A stretch of 10,794 nucleotides of DNA from Nitrososphaeraceae archaeon (GCA_044870765.1 JBIOZG010000027.1:1-10794); one strand, 5' to 3'; positions 1-7,503 are shown, counted from the stretch's first letter. A program made the numbers and translations. Notes: generated by a model not told the origin, from the letters alone.

Positions 1-85
1 CCGCTTCTTGAGCTTCCATTTCTCTGCCTGCACGATTTCTAGCTATCCCTGCACCTATTGCCGCTGATGCCCATCTACCTCTCAT
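1..85 (-). CDS. 5' part of a hypothetical protein running off the window edge (MRGRWASAAIGAGIARNRAGREMEAQEA...), possibly a small SHOCT-type protein
   Basis: Hand translation: ATG at 85-83 and an open frame to the window edge. A TATA-like TTTATTTA lies 24-31 nt upstream. The SHOCT idea is only a guess from the Gly/Ala/Arg-rich N-terminus. Confidence 0.65.
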   Translation of the reverse strand, partial: MRGRWASAAIGAGIARNRAGREMEAQEA

Positions 86-108
86 AATATCGATTAGGAT
101 ATCCAGTA

Positions 109-116
109 TAAATAAA
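109..116 (-). promoter_or_regulatory. Archaeal TATA box (TTTATTTA) for the gene starting at 85
   Basis: Lies 24-31 nt upstream of the ATG, the same spacing as for other genes in the window. Confidence 0.5.
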
Positions 117-207
117 CTTATCTAAACAAATTCGAAATTATCTACGGCACCGTATGACTAGCCATCAGCAGGTAATGTACTCATCGTCCAAAGTCAGGGG
201 ATATTTA

Positions 208-1140
208 TCAAGATATCATCTGTCTGAATGTTTCAGCATGATGATGGGAGAGCAATTTTATGAAGACTAGATTACTAGGAATAGAAATTTTTTTGATTGA
301 TGCGTAATATTCATCTACCAATCTAATAATAGGTGATTTTGATGATTCTAATGAATTTAATATGGTACCCCTTATATTAGTAACGTTACCTTTCTTTATT
401 GCGTTGTAAGGAACATTTTCAGTGGCAGCCATAACAAAGACATTGGGCATATCTTCTTGAATATCTTCTTCTATATCCTCCCAGTCGTCTATTAGATCAA
501 GCAAGGCTTGATTATAATGAAGAACTAACGAAACATTTTCACTAAAGCTTGGCAACTTGGCATCTAAAACTCTTGCGTATATTAATGATGCATCCGAGGA
601 CTTGAATAGATTAAAATTTCTAATTTCATTATATGAAAAAGTGTTACCTTCAATTATACGACTTTTGAGAATCTGCTCAAATTTCCAAAATGGCCAAAAT
701 TGCTTTAATGAAAAATCTATTGAATATTTAAGATAATTGCTATCGATTTCATTCACGAACATTTTATTTATGGATCTACGTACTTTTCTCGCCAGGATAG
801 CGTATCTATTTTTTCGTGTCTCAAAATATCTGTCATAAACAAGAATATATCTAGCTAAAAGCCTTACCATTCTATGTACCCATAATGCTTGTTGTATATC
901 TTTAGTATCAAAGTACGTAGCTACGAAGTACGTTGGATCCTGTGCTTTTTCATCTATAGTTCTAAATGCGGTTGATATATGTAAGTCATAACTCATCAAT
1001 AACCTGCTTAAAGAGATCATCTGCTCTATGAAAGCCATTTTATCATTAGGAAAGCTCAGTTCTTTAGCCGCTTTAGAAATTTTATCGATAATGACTTTTT
1101 GCCCTTTATCCCCCAAGTTGGTAGTGTTGATTTCCCCCAT
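208..1140 (-). CDS. Class I isoprenoid synthase / terpenoid synthase-fold protein, divergent (310 aa, soluble)
   Basis: Asp-rich motif LIDDWEDIEED (D218-D226) followed by PN. FKSSD sits at the position of the prenyltransferase KT motif. A degenerate first motif LVYDRYFE (D103-E107) is followed by basic TRKNR. No TM segment or signal peptide. Confidence 0.7.
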   Translation of the reverse strand: MGEINTTNLGDKGQKVIIDKISKAAKELSFPNDKMAFIEQMISLSRLLMSYDLHISTAFRTIDEKAQDPTYFVATYFDTKDIQQALWVHRMVRLLARYILVYDRYFETRKNRYAILARKVRRSINKMFVNEIDSNYLKYSIDFSLKQFWPFWKFEQILKSRIIEGNTFSYNEIRNFNLFKSSDASLIYARVLDAKLPSFSENVSLVLHYNQALLDLIDDWEDIEEDIQEDMPNVFVMAATENVPYNAIKKGNVTNIRGTILNSLESSKSPIIRLVDEYYASIKKISIPSNLVFIKLLSHHHAETFRQMIS

Positions 1141-1912
1141 CTGTGATGATCTCCCGAAATTATAAATATTATCAAGTTATTAACGGTACTTTAACTTATT
1201 AAAGCTAGGAACATCAAGATTAGGCTTTGCCCAGTATTTATATTCCAGATTTCTTCCCCTTCTAGAGTTCTTCTTGCTACACAATAGAATACGCCATGTT
1301 CACATGCCCAGTTACCTGGAATAATAACTCTCCCAGGTTTACAGTTTACGATCATTTCTCGTTCAATTGATTCTATGTCACTGTCAAATCCTAGGTTTTG
1401 ATAACCTTATCAATCATTGATCGGGAGTCAAGACGCAATATTGCCTTGTTACCGTCTTCAATGGGTCGTCCAAGGAAGAATGATTTTGTGAACCAGATTG
1501 AGCAATTATTACCGTATGTTTGTCCATCTTCATAGTTGGAATACGTACCATATCTGAATAGTCGTGCCTTTCCTTAGACTGGATATAAAATATTGGATGA
1601 AACCGGGTGTCCACAATCTAGGCCAGGTCAAGGAATGTGTCTACTTCTTCTTGCAACGAATCTGAAAATATACCTGCGACTCTATACTTTTACTATCGTT
1701 TCAAAATTTTTCCAAAAGTAATACAACCAGGTTCTAGTTAATTCTGTGAATATTTGAGTTTAGACTCTGCGGATTGCCATAAATTTAGTTCGCTGAGTTA
1801 ATTAAAGACAGACATAGCTATTTTCATCAGACAGCCTATTGATTTTCATCCTTAATAATTCCCAGTTGTGTTTTCAATTTGCTAAGGATCCTACCAATAT
1901 CAATCACACAAA

Positions 1913-1927
1913 AAAAAACGTTAAATA
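1913..1927 (+). promoter_or_regulatory. BRE plus TATA box (AAAAAACG-TTAAATA) of the CHRD gene
   Basis: TTAAATA at 1921-1927 is 24-30 nt upstream of ATG 1951 and is preceded by a purine-rich tract. Confidence 0.65.
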
Positions 1928-1950
1928 CTAGTGTGCGACCTTATTCACTC

Positions 1951-2451
1951 ATGGTAACGAAAAATTCATCTATACTACAAGCTTCAGTGATTTCGGCATT
2001 ATTGTTAGTGTCAGCAATTTCGATTACTCAATCAGGAAATGCACAGGTTACAGGCAAATTTACTGCAGATCTTATGCCTAGGTCAGGTTCAAGTGCCTCA
2101 GGAACAGCTACATTAGAACTTCAAGACAATGCTGTAAAGTATAACATTGACGCCACTGGATTAAACAACGTTACTGACATAGCTATTTCTCAAGAGACAG
2201 GAACCGGCAGAGCTCCTGATGTTGTGATAATTAGAACAGCCTCTCAAAGTGGTCTGGGGCAAGGTACAGGGGCCTTGAGTGGTAATTTTACGGAATCTGA
2301 GTTGATAGGGCCGCTACAAGGGAAGACTCTCGCAGATTTCGTCAAAGCGATAAATGATGGAAAAATTATATTCCGAGTACAGACAGTGGCTTTTCCATTA
2401 GGTGAAATTGCCGGTAATGTTACTGCTGGTGGCAATGCTACTGCTGGCTAA
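1951..2451 (+). CDS. Secreted CHRD domain-containing protein, degenerate (166 aa; start revised from TTG 1879 to ATG 1951)
   Basis: Signal peptide MVTKNSSILQASVISALLLVSAISITQSGNA. CHRD-like pattern FTADL...ASGTAT...YNIDATGL...GNFTESELIGPLQGKTLADFV...QTVAFPLGEIAGNV. TATA position supports the 1951 start. Confidence 0.85.
   Translation: MVTKNSSILQASVISALLLVSAISITQSGNAQVTGKFTADLMPRSGSSASGTATLELQDNAVKYNIDATGLNNVTDIAISQETGTGRAPDVVIIRTASQSGLGQGTGALSGNFTESELIGPLQGKTLADFVKAINDGKIIFRVQTVAFPLGEIAGNVTAGGNATAG
2413..2448 (+). repeat. Imperfect 18-bp tandem repeat encoding GNVTAG-GNATAG
   Basis: ggtaatgttactgctggt / ggcaatgctactgctggc, 15 of 18 identical. Each copy encodes an N-x-T sequon. Confidence 0.7.
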
Positions 2452-2457
2452 CCATAA

Positions 2458-2464
2458 TTTTTTT
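2458..2464 (+). terminator. Oligo-T archaeal terminator of the CHRD gene
   Basis: T7 tract starting 7 nt after the stop codon. Confidence 0.55.
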
Positions 2465-2625
2465 ATTAATTAGTTACTACCATAAATGTAACCAATGAAC
2501 TATGTATATGTAAACAAAGTATTAATCATGTATTAATGATATTCAAAGCGGATAATTGTTAAGCTAAAGTACCTGTTCGTTGCTTCGGAATGAAATGTCT
2601 AGTACTTTGCGAATTCTAAACATTT

Positions 2626-3174
2626 TTACAAAGTCCTGAATATTGAAATTGTAGTTTTTCTAGTCAAGTAATATATTATAAAAGCATTGGCAAGTAGATG
2701 AGCTATCATTATACCTATCAACAGGTAAGCAAAATCAGCTGACATTATACCTTTGTCATCTGAAGAGCTAGGAAAAGAGCCACCCACAAAACCCAGGCCT
2801 AGAACATCTATTACTATTGCTACAAACATTAACACCACAGTTATTATACATGCCAAATATTTCACTTTGAATAAACCTATTCCAAGTACGCAGATACCTA
2901 GCCCCACTAAAACTAGGAATGCAGCTATTGATGTCGTGATTCCCTTGCTAACATGCGTTAATGTTTTAATGGTGGGGCTTAATGCATCGGTTACCGTTTT
3001 GGCTATTATAGACTTGACTCCAGAAGTTTTGTTATTGAGATAATCTTGTACTACAGTTTCTGAAAAATTCGCAGCCTTGCTAAACATGCCAATCCCTAAA
3101 GCTACAAATACTATTCCGCCAACAAAAATTGCAATTGAAATTATTGTGAGACCTTTTAATGTATGCTGCTGCAC
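2626..3174 (-). CDS. Hypothetical integral membrane protein, about 4 TM helices (182 aa, GTG start)
   Basis: Four hydrophobic segments (LTIISIAIFVGGIVFVALGIGMF; IAAFLVLVGLGICVLGIGLF; LACIITVVLMFVAIVIDVLGLGF; FAYLLIGIMIAHLLANAFIIYYL) and a C-terminal YYLTRK..F. TATA-like element upstream. Confidence 0.85.
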   Translation of the reverse strand: MQQHTLKGLTIISIAIFVGGIVFVALGIGMFSKAANFSETVVQDYLNNKTSGVKSIIAKTVTDALSPTIKTLTHVSKGITTSIAAFLVLVGLGICVLGIGLFKVKYLACIITVVLMFVAIVIDVLGLGFVGGSFPSSSDDKGIMSADFAYLLIGIMIAHLLANAFIIYYLTRKTTISIFRTL

Positions 3175-3177
3175 ATC

Positions 3178-3322
3178 TTTCTTACATCAGACATCATTTA
3201 AATTTCTTTACCGGATACTGTAGGGTAGATTTATTTGACAACTAAATAATCATAAGCGAATCATATATTGTAGACGGCTTATGGGTAGGAGATGACGATT
3301 TGCAGAACATTTCTTACATCAG
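3178..3322. repeat. Perfect 13-bp direct repeat TTTCTTACATCAG (3178-3190 and 3310-3322)
   Basis: Read directly from the sequence. Copies are 132 bp apart, and the first lies between the TATA box and the start codon of the 182-aa gene. Confidence 0.75.
3196..3205 (-). promoter_or_regulatory. TATA box (AAATTTAAAT) of the 182-aa membrane protein gene
   Basis: 22-31 nt upstream of GTG 3174, preceded by purine-rich AAAG. Confidence 0.55.
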
Positions 3323-3410
3323 TAAAAAAGTCACCATTATCATTCGCTCTTAATAATTCACCCAATCTCTCGGGAAGAAAGATATCGACTGTTATAAAAT
3401 AATCAACAAG

Positions 3411-3433
3411 TGGGACTAATTCGATTAATCCCA
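3411..3433 (-). terminator. 10-bp stem-loop, possible terminator or palindromic operator
   Basis: Minus strand TGGGATTAAT-CGA-ATTAGTCCCA pairs fully as RNA with one G-U pair and is followed by T-rich CTTGTTGATTATTTT. It is about 100 nt downstream of the RskA-like gene. Confidence 0.4.
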
Positions 3434-3533
3434 GTTATAAATACCCAATATCAAAAGCCATTAAATAAAAATATATCTTTAGTTCCAGAACCGGATTATT
3501 CCAAAACTCTATCTGCAATTTCGGTGATGTTAG

Positions 3534-3989
3534 CTATTGTCCAAATGGAGGAATCATCCAATAAGCTGCTACTGATTGAGACCAAGCAGGTTTAGGATCT
3601 TTATCATTTTGTGGTTCCAGTGTTACTACTAAATCTGTATAGGTCGGAGCGTAAACCAAATTTTCATTGTATTTCAGCGTTCCTGTTGGAGAGATTTGAC
3701 CTAGGCTCAATGGATATCCGGAAGCAGCATAATTTCCGTCCACCATCCAAACCTCAAAGACTTTACCAGAAGGAGGGAGGAAATTTGATGCAATATTGAT
3801 CTTCGTCCAATGATCATCTGTTGAAACATCTGCAAGTCCAAAAATCTGTCCACCATATCCTAGTAATGCACCCGATTGACTAGCAGTTGTGTTTCCTAGC
3901 GCATTTGCTTGCATTCCTTGACTGTTTAACAGTAATATTCCAGCAATAATACTAAAGGCAATAGTAACAGAAACTAAAGCTAATTTCAT
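3534..3989 (-). CDS. Secreted protein with an anti-sigma-K factor RskA C-terminal-like domain (151 aa; start revised to ATG 3989)
   Basis: Signal peptide MKLALVSVTIAFSIIAGILLL...ANA. Motifs PPSGKVFEVWMV, PLSLGQI and LVVTLEP...DPKP match the RskA extracytoplasmic domain pattern. TATA 24-31 nt upstream of 3989. Confidence 0.8.
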   Translation of the reverse strand: MKLALVSVTIAFSIIAGILLLNSQGMQANALGNTTASQSGALLGYGGQIFGLADVSTDDHWTKINIASNFLPPSGKVFEVWMVDGNYAASGYPLSLGQISPTGTLKYNENLVYAPTYTDLVVTLEPQNDKDPKPAWSQSVAAYWMIPPFGQ

Positions 3990-4012
3990 AATATGCATAC
4001 CCTCTACCGTTC

Positions 4013-4020
4013 TATATAAA
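4013..4020 (-). promoter_or_regulatory. TATA box (TTTATATA) of the RskA-like gene
   Basis: Consensus archaeal TATA 24-31 nt upstream of ATG 3989. Confidence 0.7.
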
Positions 4021-4125
4021 GTTATACAAATATGCTTACTTTCTAGAGGAACTAAAAAAAAGGCCGTTTTTAAATTCGCATTCACATAATCATCCTTGAT
4101 TTTAACTGGCACTAGACATAAGACA

Positions 4126-4133
4126 TTTATAAT
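4126..4133 (+). promoter_or_regulatory. TATA box (TTTATAAT) of the 136-aa gene, divergent from the one at 4013-4020
   Basis: 25-32 nt upstream of ATG 4158. Confidence 0.6.
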
Positions 4134-4157
4134 TGACAATGTTATCTTCAGTTAGAA

Positions 4158-4568
4158 ATGTATATGAACCCTGAAAGAAAGTTGATTTTGATAGCAATAG
4201 GAGCTTTTGCAACTCTATCCCTGTTTGTATTTCCGTCAACAAATATGATGGCATATTCTCAATCTGAGAATAAAACCCAAGGAAATGAGCAAGCACAGGA
4301 AAAGCTATTTGAGTTGGCTCAGAAATTTAATAAGATCCTCAAAGATTCCAATGTAAATCTAACACTTCCACAGAATGGCGACCTTTCAGCAAAGTTGCAG
4401 GAATTGAAAGATTCAGGCGCATTCAAAGAGTTATCTGAAAAGTTTTCACAAGCGGTTCAGGAACTAGGTCAAGGAAACAAGACCGAAGAACTTAAAGAAC
4501 AAGCTGGTGCTGACCTTGGCAAGCTGATTCAGAAGCTCCAAGATCTGAGAAACAACAGCACTCAATAA
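4158..4568 (+). CDS. Hypothetical secreted or membrane-anchored alpha-helical protein (136 aa)
   Basis: N-terminal basic plus hydrophobic signal (RKLILIAIGAFATLSLFVF...AYS), a Q/E/K/L-rich amphipathic helical body, several N-x-S/T sequons, and a TTCTTTTT tract at 4580-4587 after the stop. Confidence 0.85.
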   Translation: MYMNPERKLILIAIGAFATLSLFVFPSTNMMAYSQSENKTQGNEQAQEKLFELAQKFNKILKDSNVNLTLPQNGDLSAKLQELKDSGAFKELSEKFSQAVQELGQGNKTEELKEQAGADLGKLIQKLQDLRNNSTQ

Positions 4569-4742
4569 TACTCCTACTATTCTTTTTATATAGCCTGTAA
4601 TTTTATCAAGGCTATAGAATATTCATAAGATCTTCAAATAGGTGACATACGGGTTTAAAATTTTGAAGTAGCGTTAGCACAAAAACTCAGTTAATTTACC
4701 TTTTCTTCGCACGTCAATTGGTATACTTACACATACAAAATA

Positions 4743-5012
4743 TCATAATGGCCTCTTGTCATTTATTTGTTCGACGGCATTCCCATTTTTAACGCTCTTC
4801 GTTTCATAATGAACATCAATGCCACTAAGCTTAGTGAAATAATAGCCCCAACTAGAGCTAAAGCGGGCTACAGACGACAATATCAAATACAATCCTGCAA
4901 AAAATGAAAAAGGAAATCCTATAAAAGGAACAGCAATTTGGCATAAAATAAATAATATGATACGAATAAAAACATTGAAGGGGAATTTTCTATTACCGGA
5001 TGGAAAACTCAT
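4743..5012 (-). CDS. Small hypothetical membrane protein (89 aa, about 2 TM)
   Basis: ATG-initiated ORF filling an otherwise empty gap, with a hydrophobic hairpin and a weak TATA-like TATTTTAT upstream. No recognisable family. Confidence 0.45.
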   Translation of the reverse strand: MSFPSGNRKFPFNVFIRIILFILCQIAVPFIGFPFSFFAGLYLILSSVARFSSSWGYYFTKLSGIDVHYETKSVKNGNAVEQINDKRPL

Positions 5013-5172
5013 AGACTATGATCATATTGGCAATAAAATAGAACGAGCTCTAGGCACATCATCTTCAGAAAACTTTTAGATAGATATGAAAGGAAATTGG
5101 AAAACTATTCTGCATTAGTATGTCTAATATATTGCATTGTTGTATAGAGAGGATATTTTGGGATAGACTAAG

Positions 5173-5733
5173 TCAGCTAATTATTCTATCCCTAGATCTC
5201 CCAGTTATTCCAGTTATTATCATTTCGATTCCGATTATCAGAAATGCAATAGAGATTATAATAGCTAACAACGGAACTCCAACACTTACAGGATGTACCA
5301 TTATTATAGCAGCAAATGCGATGCTTATGGCTCCTACGCCTATACCCAGAGCCCTGAAGCGACGTGAAGCATTACTCCTGATACCATGAATTATCCTTGA
5401 AACACCACTGAGGAATAATGCTATAGCACCAAGGAAAATCAATAGTCCAAAGGTAAATATTGGAAATTGCATTAGAAATATCGAAAATCCAATTATTAAC
5501 AATCCAATTCCAATATTAACGAAGCGTAAGGACGTAGATAATTGATGTGCTATCCCAATAGCTACTCGTTCGATTCCAATTGCAAGCAATACCACAGAAG
5601 TAATTACAATGAAAGCGAAAACAGCAGGTCCAATGTAAATAATTATGAATAAAGAAAGTATAACACAAATTGACCCTAAGACAATGCGCAACATTCGGAG
5701 CCAAGGGGGAGATTCTTCAAATTTCTGCAACAT
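5173..5733 (-). CDS. HdeD/DUF308 family membrane protein, 6 TM (start ATG 5733, alternatively GTG 5742 or TTG 5730)
   Basis: Three repeated helical hairpins with G..(E/S)R/M...G signatures (GIERVAIG, GVSRIIHG, GIEMIITG) and Pro turns, plus N-terminal SPPWLR. TTAAATA at 5753-5759 lies upstream. Confidence 0.88.
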   Translation of the reverse strand: MLQKFEESPPWLRMLRIVLGSICVILSLFIIIYIGPAVFAFIVITSVVLLAIGIERVAIGIAHQLSTSLRFVNIGIGLLIIGFSIFLMQFPIFTFGLLIFLGAIALFLSGVSRIIHGIRSNASRRFRALGIGVGAISIAFAAIIMVHPVSVGVPLLAIIISIAFLIIGIEMIITGITGRSRDRIIS

Positions 5734-5952
5734 CTTTCTCACTAGATTCCAATATTTAAGTCCAACGAGAGAAAAGTAGCCTAAACGAAATGACTGATAG
5801 AAACGATGCTCGAGGACTTCTCTAATGCCTCACACTCATGCACTATCCAAAACCTGGGAGCACTCTTTAGTATAGGCAAAAGTCTGATTATTGTAGTTCA
5901 GCTGGCTAGTTAATAAGCAAATTAGTTGTGTGAGGAAAAGAATATTGTTCCT

Positions 5953-7473
5953 TCAGGCTAATTCCTCGGCTGTTATAGGCTTCATCTTAGTTGCAAGGCG
6001 CTTCATTCTGATGGCTAGAATCGCACTTACAATTGCCATCGCAGCCCCCATTGCAAAAAGAATATTCCAAGTAATGGGATCCGGGTAGCTTTTCTCGACA
6101 CTATCAACGGTAATAGGAATTGTAGCTGATGTTATAATTACAGTTGTTATCACCGGACCTATCGCACCACCTATAATTCTAAGCATATTAGTAGAAGCCG
6201 AGGAGATTCCAGTATATTGCGTAGGTGTAAGTCCAATGATGGTGACAATTACCGTGTTTGGTATCATCGCACTAGCTATACCAAAAATAAAGAGACCAGT
6301 ATTAATACCTGGTGGTGCAGAGTGGAAAAACAAAAGAATCAAAAATGAAATGGCACTAACTGCTATACCAGGCACTAACAACTTCAAATTATATCCCTTT
6401 CTTTTTGCCACCATTATCCCGATTAACGGCCCAAAGATCATGCATGATAGGCCGAAAGCCAACTGTAAAAATCCAGTATGAAGCGGGTCTAATCCTAATC
6501 CAGATGGCGGAGGCGAAGCTCCTAACTGCGGTGTACCTGTAATAACGATATATTCTAAAATACCATACATCAACATTATGACGTTTCCAGTTAAAATGGC
6601 TTTATTAAAGCCTAACTTCAAGTTGACCAACGGGGGTTTTACTCGTTTTTCCACTATCAAGAAAAGTACAAGAGATATAATTCCAATAATGAGAGGCGCT
6701 ACAAATGCAGTCAAATTCGTGGCAATTGATCCAATAAATGTTATTGCTAAAAGAAAACTGACAATTGTCACAGTCAGCGTTGCAATACCCATATAGTCCA
6801 TACGTTGCTTCTTAGCCTTGTGGGCATCGGGTCGAGGTACTTTGTCAACGTGATCGTGCTCATAAATCCTTTTACTTTCATCTGAATGAATGAACCTCCA
6901 ACATACTAATGTCAAAATTACTGCAATAGGAGCACAGAAATAAAAGTTCCCCTGCCATCCTGCATCAGCAACTACTACCGGTCCCATTACAGCTCCTAAC
7001 GCCAAGCCGAAGGAATATCCAGCAAGATATATACTCAAACCAATAGGGAACTTGGTTTTTGGAACACCGTCTCTAATTAATTTAGTTGATATCGGGGTAC
7101 TAGCTATTGCTACTCCCTGAAGTACCCTGAGCCCAAGTAGTGTTGCATAGTTATGAGTAAAAGGTGCCAGGACAGTGCCAACTGAAAAGCATATCATCAT
7201 CATCATCAGCATTTTCTTGGCTCCAACAATGTCAGATAACCGTCCCATTATCACCGTCATGACAGCTCCACATATCATGTACGAAGTCATCACCCAAGAC
7301 GCAGAAGTTTCAGAAATATCAAAGTCTTCGGCTACACTCGGAATTGTGGGTCCCATCCCAGTATTAAGATAGACAAACAAAATGATAGTACCAGTTAAAA
7401 TCAGAATAGTTTTCCAGGCATTAAACGATATTTGCTCTGTAACAGGATGACTTTCTGGTGATGCAGAAGACAC
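5953..7473 (-). CDS. MFS transporter, 14-TMS DHA2 (EmrB/QacA-like) family (506 aa; start revised to GTG 7473)
   Basis: Motif A GRLSDIVGAKK, motif B LRVLQG, WVMTSY in TM2, DYMG before TM7, EKRVKPPLVNL, and 14 hydrophobic segments counted by eye. Confidence 0.93.
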   Translation of the reverse strand: MSSASPESHPVTEQISFNAWKTILILTGTIILFVYLNTGMGPTIPSVAEDFDISETSASWVMTSYMICGAVMTVIMGRLSDIVGAKKMLMMMMICFSVGTVLAPFTHNYATLLGLRVLQGVAIASTPISTKLIRDGVPKTKFPIGLSIYLAGYSFGLALGAVMGPVVVADAGWQGNFYFCAPIAVILTLVCWRFIHSDESKRIYEHDHVDKVPRPDAHKAKKQRMDYMGIATLTVTIVSFLLAITFIGSIATNLTAFVAPLIIGIISLVLFLIVEKRVKPPLVNLKLGFNKAILTGNVIMLMYGILEYIVITGTPQLGASPPPSGLGLDPLHTGFLQLAFGLSCMIFGPLIGIMVAKRKGYNLKLLVPGIAVSAISFLILLFFHSAPPGINTGLFIFGIASAMIPNTVIVTIIGLTPTQYTGISSASTNMLRIIGGAIGPVITTVIITSATIPITVDSVEKSYPDPITWNILFAMGAAMAIVSAILAIRMKRLATKMKPITAEELA

Positions 7474-7496
7474 ATCAGAACTAACGAATCTTTTTG

Positions 7497-7503
7497 TATT
7501 TAA
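7497..7503 (-). promoter_or_regulatory. TATA box (TTAAATA) of the MFS gene
   Basis: 24-30 nt upstream of GTG 7473. It lies inside the longer TTG-7521 ORF call, arguing for the shorter start. Confidence 0.6.

Noticed and set aside
911-933. Palindrome CGTAGCTACG flanked by AAGTACGT repeats
   Set aside because: Lies inside a coding region, is short and is plausibly chance.
1414-1614. 66-aa minus-strand ORF as a real gene
   Set aside because: GTG start, no clear TATA box at the usual spacing and no recognisable motif. Kept only as part of a possible pseudogene region.
2244-3799. ORFs 2244-2435(-), 2753-3043(+), 3410-3595(+) and 3611-3799(+)
   Set aside because: Antisense shadows of, or overlaps with, better-supported genes, with no motifs.
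4102-5704. ORFs 4102-4296(-), 5120-5389(+) and 5516-5704(-)
   Set aside because: Antisense or alternative-frame overlaps of the 136-aa and DUF308 genes.
7195-7206. (CAT)4 microsatellite encoding MMMM in MFS TM3 as a phase-variation site
   Set aside because: A trinucleotide unit cannot shift frame and only four copies are present.
6236-7372. Plus-strand ORFs 6236-6481, 6578-6796 and 7175-7372
   Set aside because: Typical antisense shadows of hydrophobic codons within the MFS gene.
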